A DNA stretch of 64,000 nt from NCBI GenBank assembly GCA_965153355.1, contig OZ231126.1, positions 46,004,001-46,068,000 of the forward strand, in the 5' to 3' direction. The stretch comes from Flaccisagitta enflata (Eukaryota). Positions 38,546-51,357 of the stretch are shown one piece after another (the first letter of the stretch is position 1; each line of letters opens with the position of its first letter). The position numbers were made by a program, and so were the translations under genes. The notes beneath the pieces were generated by a model that was given only the letters and a program-made list of their open reading frames with translations, had not been told where the DNA came from and did not search any database.

Positions 38546-39120
38546 TCCGAAGTTACTGCTGAGGTTGTTTCTATGAGGACACTTTTTTTTTAAACACAAG
38601 AGTGATTGTTTTCAAAGTGTCACAAGGTGAGTCGCCTAAAAAATGTATTCTCCTCACGAGTTTTTTTCCCAAAAAAGGTTTTTGTGCCAGAAAAAAAATC
38701 TATTAAGAATGGTGGCCAAGCAGAGCCACTTAGAAAATTAATGATTCTCCATGTTATCCAATGGGAGACGCATTCCGTCTCCAAATGCGTCTCCAAACGT
38801 CACCAGTCAACAAAGAAAATAAAGGGATTAGATTTCCTATGACAAAAGGAACAATATCCCTCTCTATACCCAAACTAAAATATATGGGGCCTTGGCCTTG
38901 TGACTAATCCATACACGCACCACTCCTAGTTTTCCATAAAACATAGTCTGAAAAACATTTTTTCTCAATCTTACCCAAAAGCAAACTGCTTACCAAAAGT
39001 AGGTGGGGCAATTATTGTTACCTGTGTAACCAAAATTCAGCAAATCACCAGAGGGTAACATTGTTAAGAAACCATACCCTAAGAGTATTGTTTTAAAGTC
39101 ATTGCACATATGGTGAAAAC

Positions 39121-39523
39121 GAGATGAGAGAAAGTATTTCTTTATTAGGATAGTACACATATGATTTGTAGTAGATTACCACAGAATATTTCGACATTAT
39201 TGACATGCCATCATTCAGCTGTGAACAGAATGACTCTCTGAGAACAGAGACACTCTTTTAAAGCATCAGCCAGATGCCCAGACAGCAGGATTGCCAATTG
39301 ACAACCATGAAGGGAATAAATCCCCCCTCCCCTCTTCCGCAATAAAGATGCCGCTAGTCACAATGGGCATCTTGCTGATGCTTTAAAAGAGTGTCTCTGT
39401 TCTCAGAGAGTCATTCTGTTCACAGCTGAATGATGGCACGTCAATAATGTCGAAATATTCTGTGGTAATCTACTACAAATCATATGTGTACTATCCTAAT
39501 AAAGAAATACTTTCTCTCATCTC
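39121..39523. repeat. Near-perfect 160-bp inverted repeat with an 83-bp spacer
   Basis: 39121-39280 vs 39364-39523; about 2 mismatches seen by eye. Confidence 0.9.
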
Positions 39524-40256
39524 ATACCCTAAGAGGATAGAATCGAGGTCGAGCTTAATGCGACCGCCGGACATTCTAATCCAATTGGCCAAGGTACTGT
39601 ATCTAAGAGTCCACGATTGTCGGTGTACAGCAGTCCATGCAGATAGCTTCCATGCCCACGAAGATGTACAGCATAACCAGTCTAATTTCATTATTTTTTC
39701 AGGTATCTCATGCGCGCATGGGGAATCATGAAGCATTTTTTAGTTCAAGACTAAGATTTGAGCCCTGAGGCTTACACTTTGGTTTTAAGGCTGGGATTTG
39801 GGCCATAGGGCTGGGATTAGAGTCTCAAGCCTGGAACATGGGCCTCAAGTCGGGGACAGTGGACAGAAGAGTGGGATTTGGATCTCGTGGCTAAATTTTG
39901 AGCCTTGGGGGTGGAATTTGAGCGTAGAGGATAGGATTTGGGAACTGAGCCTCAAAGCCAGGATTTGGTACGTCTGTGCAACTATCCGTCCCTCCGCCCC
40001 CTCCCCCCCGCCTGAAGCCCCAATCCAGTCTATTGAGGCTTGAAAAATCGTATCTGGAGCCTAAAATCAGCTTTCCTAGACCTGAAATCAGTCCTCCCAG
40101 GCTTCAAATCAGTCCTCTCAGGCCAAAAATTAGCCCTCTTAGGCCTGAAATCAGCCTCTACCCTCTCAGGTCTGGAATTACAGGGTCATCAATCTCGATT
40201 GGGAAAAACTACTAAGCTTTTAATCTCAGATGATTCTTCTCAATGACCTGGAATTT

Positions 40257-40830
40257 CAATTTATCATTTTTTCATAAAAACTATTATTCCTCATTTTTGA
40301 TTAGTTTGAGCTACAAATGCTAAAATAGTCTCAAATTAAAGATGTTTTTTTTTTCTGAATTCATAAAGATATCTTCAACTGAGACAAATCTGAAATTTGC
40401 TGCTCAAGTCAGTGAGAAATAAGAGCAAATAAAAAACAAGGCCGGATACACGGCAATACGCAGACGGTTGGGCAGGAGCCGTAATGCGAAAATGGCTCGC
40501 AATTTAACAATATTTCTTACCTACCAACCTACCAACCTACCGACACAGCAATTTATCATTTTTTCATAAAAACTATTATTCCCCATTTTTGATTAGTTTG
40601 AGCTACAAATGCTAAAATAATCAAATTAAAGATGTTTTTTTTTAATTCATAAAGATATCTTCAACTGAGACAAATCTGAAATTTGCTGCTCATTGCTCAA
40701 GTCAGTGAGAAATAAGAGCAAATAAAAAACAAGGCCAGATACACGGCAATACGCGGACGGTTGGGCAGGAGCCGTAATGCAAAAACGGCTCGCAATTTAA
40801 CAATATTTCTTACCTACCGACCTACCGACC
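40257..40830. repeat. ~293-bp local tandem duplication including a HINE end
   Basis: AATTTATCATTTTTTCATAAAAACTATTATTCC...CAAGGCC.GATACACGGCAATACGC is repeated at ~40257 and ~40550. Confidence 0.85.
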
Positions 40831-41349
40831 TACCGACACGGCAAGTTGCATGTCTGCGACTAAAAACAGTTTTGATAGACTAAGGCTAAATTGAGCTATA
40901 TCTAAAAATGTTTGTTTTTCTTTAAATAGATGTTGTGGACAAAGTATTTGACTCAGAACAATAAAATTTTGACACAAAAATGTCAAACATAGTAATAGAA
41001 AAGAAAACAAATTCCAGACCAGTGATGAGAAGCAGCTGAGAGTAAAAGCTTAACACTTTTTCCCCAGTCCATATTGATGACCCGGTATCTCCCACCTAGC
41101 TATATTTAGCCCTCACAGGCCTAGAACCAGCTTTCACCTGGCTGACATCACCCCTCCCTGGCCGTAAATCAACTCTAGCAGGTCTGATATAAAATTTGTA
41201 TAAAGTTTGTAAATTGGAGAATTCTGGCCTACTTTTGTAAGGGCAATGTTGTTTCAACTTTCATAAGAATCAGTACCTTGGTACAGAATGCCGGCGGTCC
41301 CATGTGGTTATACCTCGATTCTTGCCTCTAAGGGTATGGTTTTCTAATG

Positions 41350-42290
41350 AGGTTTATTATATTCGTCAACATGAAGTGACAGAGGCATACAACATACGGT
41401 TTCAATCACAGTTTAAATTAAGGGGGAAAAAAAAAGAAAGTAACACATAAATAAGATTACAAATCAACCGAAACAAAGGCATGCAGCCGAGAGATGGTTT
41501 TGTTGCCATGATTTGAAAGAGAAAGAGTGAATTTCCGTCTGGCTTTGTCAAACATTTCACTAAGGGCTGGATATCCAAAACCTTCTCTCAAACTACGGAC
41601 ACTTTCCCACCTTTGAAACGTAAAAATCTTTCGAATTGCATCGTTTAGTGCAGTGTTGCAATCTGACATTTGTCTACCAGTATAATCCTTAATTGCTGAG
41701 GCATACGTGAAACAAGGAACACAATGAGAGTATAGTAGACACATCTGAATACATTCATCGGGTTCAAAAAGTTGATTTAAGACAGAATTTGCCGATCTGT
41801 AAAATGAACGTAGGTCACCTTCATGAGAAAACGTAACAGAGGGATTACTGATGATATTTGTACCAAGGTACTTAATCTTTTCAACAAATTCGATTTCGCC
41901 ACCGCCAATTGTAAGTGGTTCAATAATATTCATATTTACTTTTGCTTTTGAAAATACCATCACTTTTGACTTTTTTGCATTAAAAGACAGACAGTACTTA
42001 TCACAGTAGTTTGAACATTCATCAATCATGCGTTGTAAAGCCGACCGCGTTGGCGCAAGAAGGACTATGTCATCCGCAAAAAATAAGGAGGCTAAAAATA
42101 AATTACCAATGTGGCAACCAAGTTTTTTTTCGCGTAAAAGCTGAGTCAAGCCATCAAAATAGCAGGCAAAAAAATCCGGAGAATTAATTCCCCCTTGTTT
42201 TATGCCAAGGGGAACGGGAAAAGTCTTACTAAGTTCAGATCCCCATTTAACAATGGAGTACATGTTACTGTACCAAAAAATAAGGCAGAG
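41350..42290 (-). mobile_element. 5'-truncated non-LTR retrotransposon (RT C-terminal half; RTE/RTEX-like clade uncertain)
   Basis: ORF 41457-42335: GIKQGGINSP (RT QG..SP motif), LFFADDIVL (catalytic), FNAKKS, KYLG. AATAAA lies downstream on the minus strand at ~41353-41358. Confidence 0.85.
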
Positions 42291-43789
42291 CATTATACAT
42301 AACGGTATCAATATTGCTAGTGTCAGTACTTCCATCAGTACATTAGTAATCTTTGAATGTTATTTTTGTAAGAGATTTTGTGTATACTAAATGGTATGGG
42401 TCTGTCCGAACCTATACTAATGAGGTATGCAGTCAAGCTGATTGTTTTTTTCAGGTAAGCATTTCTTTCGTCAATTGTAAAGGATAATTGTGAGCAATCC
42501 GGAGTAAACACCATTGAAAGCTTGCAAGGCTTTCCTCCTTTGTAAATTGGAGAATTCTGGCCTCCTTTTGTAAGGGCAATGTTGTTTCAACTTTCATAAG
42601 TCCTCCTAAACCTAGATCCGGAAATCAGAGCCAGAGGGTATGATCAGGCCCCCTCGCCCCCCCCCCTCACCCTTCCCTGGATACTATCTAGAACATAAGT
42701 ATATCGACAGTATAGGGATTGAATAATGTATCAGTATGGGAATCATAAAAAAACCTCAAAAATATGATAGATACTTAATATTACATCTTTGGCGTTCAAC
42801 AACAAACTGTATATAGATTTTCTAAGCATTTTTACAAAAATGCTGAGAATAAATGCATGATTACTCTCCCTCATAAAATCTTATTCAAAAAAATTCCCAA
42901 GTGTATGCTATGTTCTCCCTTTTGCTTCAGTTGCAATCCTAATGACTAAAGAGAGGTTGAAATCAACCAAGAAAATGCAACATAGGTGTTGGGCGCTGTA
43001 ATGAGGACCAAAAATAGGGTGGAAAAAACCTCCAATCTATCTGAAAAGAGACTTAGTGACTTGTAAAGAAACTAGATGCAATTTTTATATATTTTTTGAT
43101 TGGAGTATCAATCTTGTTTTGCTTGTCATTTCTAAACGGCTTGAGCTAAAAGGATGCGATTTGCGCCATTTGGTCAGAAATTCGAAGTAGTTTCCGAATC
43201 TCACTGATCTTTATGTAATTTTTTTATTCTTTATAGAGTTATTGCTTTAAATGCCTGTCGATATACATATGTTCTAGATAGTATATGGTAATGCACCTCT
43301 ATGTTCTACGGGACATTGGCCCTTTGATGGCCTCCTGCACTTGAAACTCATTAAAAGAGATTTAATTCTTAAGTCTCCAGGGGGGTGTATGGCCCACAAC
43401 ATGACATGTTGCGGCAATCTGGGCTCATTTGACCCAAAAAAAGGACCCGGATGGGCTAAAAAACTGGTCAAAACAGGCAAAATTAAAGGTTTTTTACAAT
43501 TTAGCTTGCTGAAATGGAGGCAGTGACAACCAGCGGTCCACCCTGGTTTCTTTTACTTCTCTATTCTGTCTCTTCCTACCTCCCAACATCCTTTCCATCC
43601 CCTTTACCTCTTCCGCCGCCACTACCTCTGCCTCTACCTACCCTTTGACATCCTTTCCATTCCCTTAACCTCTTCTGCCAAAAATCATACTGCCTCTACC
43701 TATCCTCATTTATCCTTTCTACCCCCTACACCTCTTCCGCCGCTGCCGCTAGTGCCGCTACCTGCCCCAAATCATTTCTCTCCACACTT

Positions 43790-44205
43790 CCTTTTTGCCC
43801 TTTGCTGGGGCTGAGATCTCACAGCAGCAACCTGACCCAAAACCACCAATCTTTGCCCCAGACACTTATTCCCTGTCACACAGGCTGAGATCTGCCAGCA
43901 ACATACAAGCCCAAACCACCAATCACCACCCAGACACCCTCTTCCCCTATCACACTGGGCTGAGATCACCACCCAGCAGCACTTGACAGGCCACCAATCA
44001 CCACCCAGACCCCCTCTTCCCCTATCTGCCTGGGCTGAGATCACCACTGTGGCCTTCCATTAGAAGCCACCAATCACCCACCAGACACCCTATTCCCCTA
44101 TCACACTGGGCTGAGATCACCACCCAGCAGCACTTACCGACCCAAACCACCAATCACCACCCAGACACCCTATTCCCCTATCACACTGGGCTGAGATCAC
44201 CACCC
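43790..44205. repeat. Minisatellite, ~65-80-bp unit
   Basis: CCACCAATCACCACCCAGACACCCT.TTCCCCTATCACACTGGGCTGAGATCACCAC repeated ~5-6 times. Confidence 0.85.
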
Positions 44206-45029
44206 TACTAGTGTTTACTGACGTTTTTTTAACGCTACGCCCACTCAAATGCGCCCAGTGACCTATTTCAACTCTGCTCATGAAAAATTGATATTCAGCT
44301 CATGACTCAGGCAACCTGTAACCGTTTATCGAACTTTCTTCCTCTTGCGATGGTTTCTTCTACTCAATTTATTTCTGTCTGCCAAAAAGATTCCTCTGCA
44401 ACGGCAGCACAGATCTAAGTTGTTCTCGTCATGAAAGAGATCATGCGAGGCAGGTACAGGACTTTCCATCGGCCATCCCGTCAAGTCGGTCCGTCCGTCT
44501 GGCCTACTGTTGCGATTAGAATTTTTGTTTTGTAACACGATCCATGTCGTCAAATCGACATGAAACAAGGCCAGATACACATCTCCCCGGTCGTGGACAG
44601 TTGGTCAGGGGCTGTAATGTGTATGTCGTTTTTATCGCAATATCATTATCGATATATCACTTGTCATTATGCAAGGTCAAATTTCATTATGTGTCCAAAA
44701 ATCTTAATCACTCGACGATAGGCCTGTAGTATAAATGTTAAGCCGATACTTTATGGTAACGACATGAACCATTTAGTTATGTGTGTTGGATGTAAGCCCA
44801 CAGTTACCCAGGCCACGGATCCCAGGAACAGACTCATGGTGGAAAAAAAAGGCCAAGGGCTGAGACCGCCGGAAACATGTAGTACTATGCATGAGCTACA
44901 GTTAGAGCCAAAAAACAAAAAAATCCGCTTGGAAATAGTTGATATGTAGCGCAAAAACAGTATTGACTCAGAGCCATAGTAAAAGTGAGTTGCGATCCTC
45001 GTTCACTTTTCTTCCCACGGACTAATACA

Positions 45030-45058
45030 TGTTGTTATGGTTGTTTTTGTTATTGTTT

Positions 45059-45090
<32 letters not shown>

Positions 45091-45615
45091 GCTGAGCGTG
45101 TTGTTGCTGCTGCTGTTGGTGCTGTTGCTACTACAAGGTTGTCATGTTATTGTTGTTATTCCCATTCTAAATGTTGTCACAATTGTTGTTGCTGTTGTTG
45201 TTGTTGTTATTGCTGTTGCTGTTGCTGTTGTTGCTGTTGTTGTTGTTGTTGTTGTTGTTGTTGCTTGTTATTGTTGTCGCATATTTCGATGCTGCAGCTG
45301 TTGCTGCTGTTGTTGTTGTTGCTATTGTTGTCAGATATTTTCATGCCGCAGTTAAGGTTGCGTGTTGTTGCAGTTTTGTTGCCGCTGTTGCTGTCGTTGC
45401 CGGTCTTGGGTTGTTGTTGCTGCTGCTGGCCTTGGTTGCTGTTGTTGTTGTTAGCAGCAGCAGCGATAATGCCAGCTATATTATCCTCAAACTGTCATAG
45501 CTGCTGTTGGCTGATGCTGTCAATATCATGTTGCTGTTGTTGTTGCTGTTGTTGTTGTTGTTGTTGTTGTTGTTGTGCTGTGGTTGTGGTTGTTGTTTTT
45601 GCTGCTGTGGTTGTT
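45030..45615. repeat. (GTT/GCT)n low-complexity microsatellite region
   Basis: Direct reading; it explains the spurious poly-V/L/C ORFs. Confidence 0.9.
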
Positions 45616-46061
45616 ACATATAGTAATTCAAAGAAGTGAATCGTGAATTATGTGCTTCATTCAGAAGTAACAAGGTCATTAGACCTATGTCACGTGTGCT
45701 GGCACTTTCAAAAAATTCAGGCAGACAGACAGACAAACAATTTTTTTTTCAAAAAGACATTTGAAATAGCCATTTACGCCTCGGGAAGTTTCTTTCTACT
45801 GTTCAGAAACAGAAACTTCTTGTGCCTCTTTAAACCGCTTTCTTTGTGACAGATGATCAATCAATTTACTGACCGAAAAGGGTTATAGAGGTCAGAGCAC
45901 GCTATCTAAAAATCGTTCACTTTGCATTCATTGCATTATTTAAAAAAGACCTAATACTTATAGGAAGCAGGACTAATAACAATTTCATGTTTTCTACTAC
46001 AGTTATATTTCTATTCTTTCCAAAATTGCTCTTTGTTAGTCTTCTTTCTTTTTATCTTTTT

Positions 46062-46095
<34 letters not shown>

Positions 46096-46108
46096 TTCTT
46101 TCTTTTCT

Positions 46109-46159
<51 letters not shown>

Positions 46160-46498
46160 GTCTTTCTTTCTCTCTCTGTTTCTTTCATGTTTGTTTTCTC
46201 TCTTCCCTCCTTGTTTCTTGAGTCACGGACACGCGCTTTTACATGATTGGTCCGTCGGTCAGTAACATTTTTGAATTGCGGGCACTTTTTGCAATACTGC
46301 CCCTGCCCAACCATCCTTAACGCTGGTGCCATGTATCCGACCTTGTTTTTTCTGCACTTAGGCTGAGGCGGCCTATCCTGCACTGAGGTTTTTTTTTCTC
46401 TAATTGAAAGATTATGGCCAAATGCTGCGTCAACGACTTCTTTGAAGGCTGAGAAAGCTTCGATGAATGGTTGCATTGGGTGCTGCTGGGGCAACTTC

Positions 46499-46582
<84 letters not shown>

Positions 46583-46681
46583 AATCAGCTCGCCAAATCC
46601 TCCAACCTGACCAAGTTGTTACACTTGACCCGGCCAGCACAAACGTACATACATACATTCATACATACATACATATATACA

Positions 46682-46714
<33 letters not shown>

Positions 46715-48467
46715 TACATAATACATACATATATACATATACACATATACATATGTAACTACAAACATACAGTTAAATCCCGTTCCGACAGATTTCAGAG
46801 GACCAATAAATTCTATGTGTTTTATGCGGAATTCTGTTAACGCCAAAAGAAGAAATAAAAGAAAAAAGGTTAAAGGGACCAAGAATTAGTGGGGTTCAAC
46901 TGTACATACATACAAACAAACAAACAAACACACATACATAAAGATCTATCAAGATTTATCTTCTTTTCCGCGGGACTGATGGTGACCGTGAGAGAAGAAG
47001 AAGATGAAGAAAAAGATGAAGATGAAGATGAAGATGAAGATGAAGAAGAAGAAATAAAGAGAGATGGACAATGACGAAAGTATAAAAAAAGGTAAAGATG
47101 ACGAAGGAGAAGGAGAAGAAGAAATAGAAGAGGGGGAATAAGAAGGAGGATACATAGAAGAAAAAGATGAAAGGAGGAAAACAAGAGAGATGGGCAACAA
47201 CAACGACAGTAATGAAAAGGTAAAATAAAGAAAAAGAAGAATAAGAAAAACAAGGCCGGAGACACGGCCATCAGTTGCGGACGGGTGGGCAGGGGCGGAA
47301 ATACGCATTTTCCACTTTTCAATCCTGAGCGTGATGAATCGGACCGAACGACCAACCGACCAACCAACGAACGGACGGACAAAGTCTCTTATAGAGTTGT
47401 AAAAAGGTCCGCAACTAAAAGAACAGTTAGAAAGAATAGTCGCAAAGCGTTAGATGGTCACTGGTCAGCGGTAACCGTTGCCCTGCTGAGAGTGCTTGTG
47501 AATTAAAGTCAGGGGAAGCAGGGAAGTGGCCCTGAAGTCCTCTAGAACACCAGGGGGACTTTCATACGTCATTCTGTCCGTCCGTCAGTCCGTTCCTCTA
47601 TTCGTCCCCCCCCAGGCCCTCTCAAACCTGAAATCTGCCCTCTCAGGCCTGAAATTTACCCCCAAAGGCCTGAAATCTGTCCTTTCTCAGGTCCTGAAAT
47701 CTGCCCTCGCAGATTCAAGGCCTGGGAGGGCAGATTTCAGGCCTGAGAGGGTAAATTTCAGGCCTGAGAAGGCAGAGATTTTCAGGTCTAGAGGGTACGG
47801 GGGAATGGATGGACGGGACGGACTGGAGCAGCAGAATGGAAACAAAAGTCCCCATGTCTTCTACAGGACTTTGTCCCATCTGGAGCTGCTGCCTTGCTTT
47901 CCTTTACTCCATTTCACAATCATGCAAAGCAGGCTTCCCTCACCCTCCATCTCCATCCCCCTCTCCTTCTCCTTCTCTCTCCCTCCTCCTCTCCCTCCTT
48001 GTCCTACCACAGTCCCAGTCTCGAGGCCCACCCAGTCTGTGTCTAGTCTCCAGCCCTTTGATGCCCAAATCCCAGCCTCAATGCCAAAATCCTAGCGTCC
48101 AATGCCCAAATCCCAGCTCTGATGCCCAAAACCCAGCTCCTGGGAGGCTGAGATTTGGGCCTCAAGGCTAGGAACTGGGCCTCAAAGCTGGGAACTGGGC
48201 CTCTTGGTTGGGATTTGAACATTGAGGCTGTGATTTAGGCCTCAAGACTGGGATCCCAGCCTCCAGGCTGGGATTTGGGCCTTGAGACTAGGATTTGGGC
48301 ATCGAGGCTGGGATTTAGGCATCGAGACTGGGTTTGGGCCTCATGACTGGAATTTGGGCCAAGACTGGGATTTAAAGGGGGTATAGTTGAGACAATAAGG
48401 AAAAAATCCCCCATTCTTATGAGAAAGCACAGGTCACTGACTCTTTCAAATGCCCAAAAGAAAGGAA

Positions 48468-48527
<60 letters not shown>

Positions 48528-49528
48528 ACAGAAAGAGATCGAAATAAAGGAGGAAAACAAAGCAAATAAGATTAAAGAAAAGGAGACATGGTTACTTAAG
48601 TCTTCACAGTGACTAATCAAGCAAGTAAAAATCCGCATTTAGATGCTGTGAAGTTGTCCAATGTACCATTATTAGCCTTTAGTCGAGACTTTATGAGACT
48701 CCTCGCATTCTTTTGCCAGAATTGTCAGTGACAAATCAGACAGTTTTTTATTTCTTGTCTGTGGTACAGTTTTCGGGCTATATAGCGATTATTTCCAAGC
48801 GCATTTTTTTGTTTTTTCGCTCTGAGTGTAGCTCAAGCATAGTACTAGACGTTCCCGGTGGTCACAACCCTTGGCCTTTTTTTCCACCATGAGTTTGTTC
48901 CTGGGACCCGTGAGGCGTGCATTTTATGGAGTGACCTGTAACGCCGTTACTCGGAAGGACATAAGGGCCTCTCGGAAGGTCTTGGAAGAAGAAGAAAAAG
49001 AAAAAGAAAAAGAAGAAAAAAAAAAGAAAAGAAAAAAGAAAAGAAAAAAGAAAAGATATGGCAAAGAAAAGAAAGAAAAGAAAAAGAAAAATGAAAATGA
49101 AAACAAAAGGAACAAGGCTGGATACACGGCTACCAAGTCACGTGGTGCGGTGGACAAGAGCTGTACTGAGGCTGACTATTGGGCAGGAGCAGGCGCTGGA
49201 AGACCGCAAAAAACCAAAAAGGCGGCAGACGACCAACGGACTAACGGACTAATGACCACGGACTAACGGGATCAACGGACGGACTGACGGTGGACCACTG
49301 ACTGACAAAGCGGGGTGTAGAGTCGCGTAGCACGCAACTAAAAACACCAACAAAGACTAAATCATTTTTATGAATGTAGTGCATATTCAAAGTTTGATCT
49401 TTACCTATTAAAAATATCATTTTTCATTGCACCGTTTTTTTGGCCTTGTGTAACAGTAGAGAGGAGTCAAGATGTTACCCAAATTGACTCAAATTTTTAT
49501 GACGCTAGCTTTGATATTTTTTTTTTTG

Positions 49529-49623
<95 letters not shown>

Positions 49624-51357
49624 CACACACACACAAAAAAAATAAGGTCTATCTTAAAGAAAGGAGGAAGGAAAGCAGGAAGAAAAGAAGGCACGGGGGA
49701 TGTACCGGGGGGTGGGTGGGTGGTAAGAAAGAAAGGAGGGAGGGAAGAAGCAAGGAGTATGTTTGTGTGTACTGTGTAGTAGTGTGGGTAATTGTAAAAC
49801 AGCGCAAGCTACTGTTGGCATGATGGAAGTTTGTCGACGCTGACAACACATTCTAGCAACAACATAAGTGCACCTGCAGGGATATTTGCTTCATAATGAA
49901 ATTGAAATAATGCAGAGCTAACTTTTCTTTCAACTTTTTTTTAAACATTTTTCTTTAAAAATTTTTTTTCTTAGATCACCACTTTTGAGCAATTTCTTTG
50001 CAAGTGAGCATGAAAAACATGAAAATAAAAAATCAACAAGGGAAAGATTCCACCTTTACAACTTTTTTCCGGTCGGCGAGAGATCGCCTTTATTGGTAAA
50101 ACTTTAAAAAACTTAGGGTCTTCCTAAAAAAATTTAAAAAACCTAATAGCAGATATTTAGAAAAACCTTCTGCAAATTAAAAAACGCATCTGCAGATTTT
50201 ACAAATTATCTGTCTGCAAAACGTGAGGCCTTCATCCTTGTTGAAACCCCAAACTCTCCATGAAAATCACTGAAAAGGCTAAAACTCAAAAAAGGAAACG
50301 GACCTACACTGCAACGTACAGAACGCGTGCACGCGTCTTAAAATTATCAACATTACTTGCCACGTACAACTGTGGAAATGCTTCACTGTTCAGTGTCAAT
50401 GATTGTATCTTGAGAAAAGACAAATTTCAAATCATTTAGAATTATTCAGACGGAGCACATCTGAGATATAGATTATTTGATGATTTTAAAAGTGAGATTT
50501 CTACTGAAATGCCAAAGGACAAGATTTACACTTGATTTATCGGTTTTCTTTGCCACGTAGGCCTTCATAAATGAAACTTTGAGATAAGACGCACTGAAAA
50601 TTACCATAGAATTTGCTACCCGAGCTAGATAAATCATGAAATTTATAAAATGAAATTTAATGATAATTTTTGTTTTTATGTTTTCAATTAAACTGTCAAC
50701 AGCCATATTTTGCATGAATTGACTTGCATATGCCAGTTTTAAACTCCAATCCTGAATTTTTGAGCTGAAAAATAGTAAAATACAATAAAAACTTTTGTCA
50801 ATACACAATTAATTGAAAATTTTAAATTTGCATAGAAAATCGCAATGTATGTGTGAACATAGCGATTCCTATAACATATAGCCGAGGCACATGTTTTATT
50901 ATTTTAATGATATTTGGATTTTTTATGCAAATTTAAAATTTTCAATGAGCAGTTACTGAGCTGATTGTCATTATTTTTTTCACTTTTCAGTCTCATTAGG
51001 ATCGAATTTCCTTTAATCTTTTTGCATTTTTGTCATTTGACAGTGACAGTTCGGTTTTCTCATGTAAGTTTATACATTTCAGTACAAAGAAATAAACACA
51101 AGCATTGACGTAAGCAAAAGTAGTGAAGTGAATGGTAACTTTGTCCTCTGGGTAAATTCCTCTTACCTTAATTTCAGTGCGTCATAACTGTGACTCGTTG
51201 AGCGAAAGAACAAAGAAGACATGTATAAAGGTGGCTAGAGTGGGACACAGCGTTCTTAGAGACTTATTTCCCATCAGGGTGGGATTTGGGTGGTCTGTGG
51301 TACAGGCTACAATTTGAAAAACCGGCTTGCTGCTCGTTTCCGCAACGAAGTGTTCTT

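Noticed and set aside
45029-45639. Cys/Val/Leu-rich 100-200-aa ORFs
   Set aside because: Translations of GTT/GCT microsatellites.
51100-51357. SECIS element for the zinc finger TGA
   Set aside because: The ATGA...AAA seen on the minus strand has the wrong spacing and no supporting stem.
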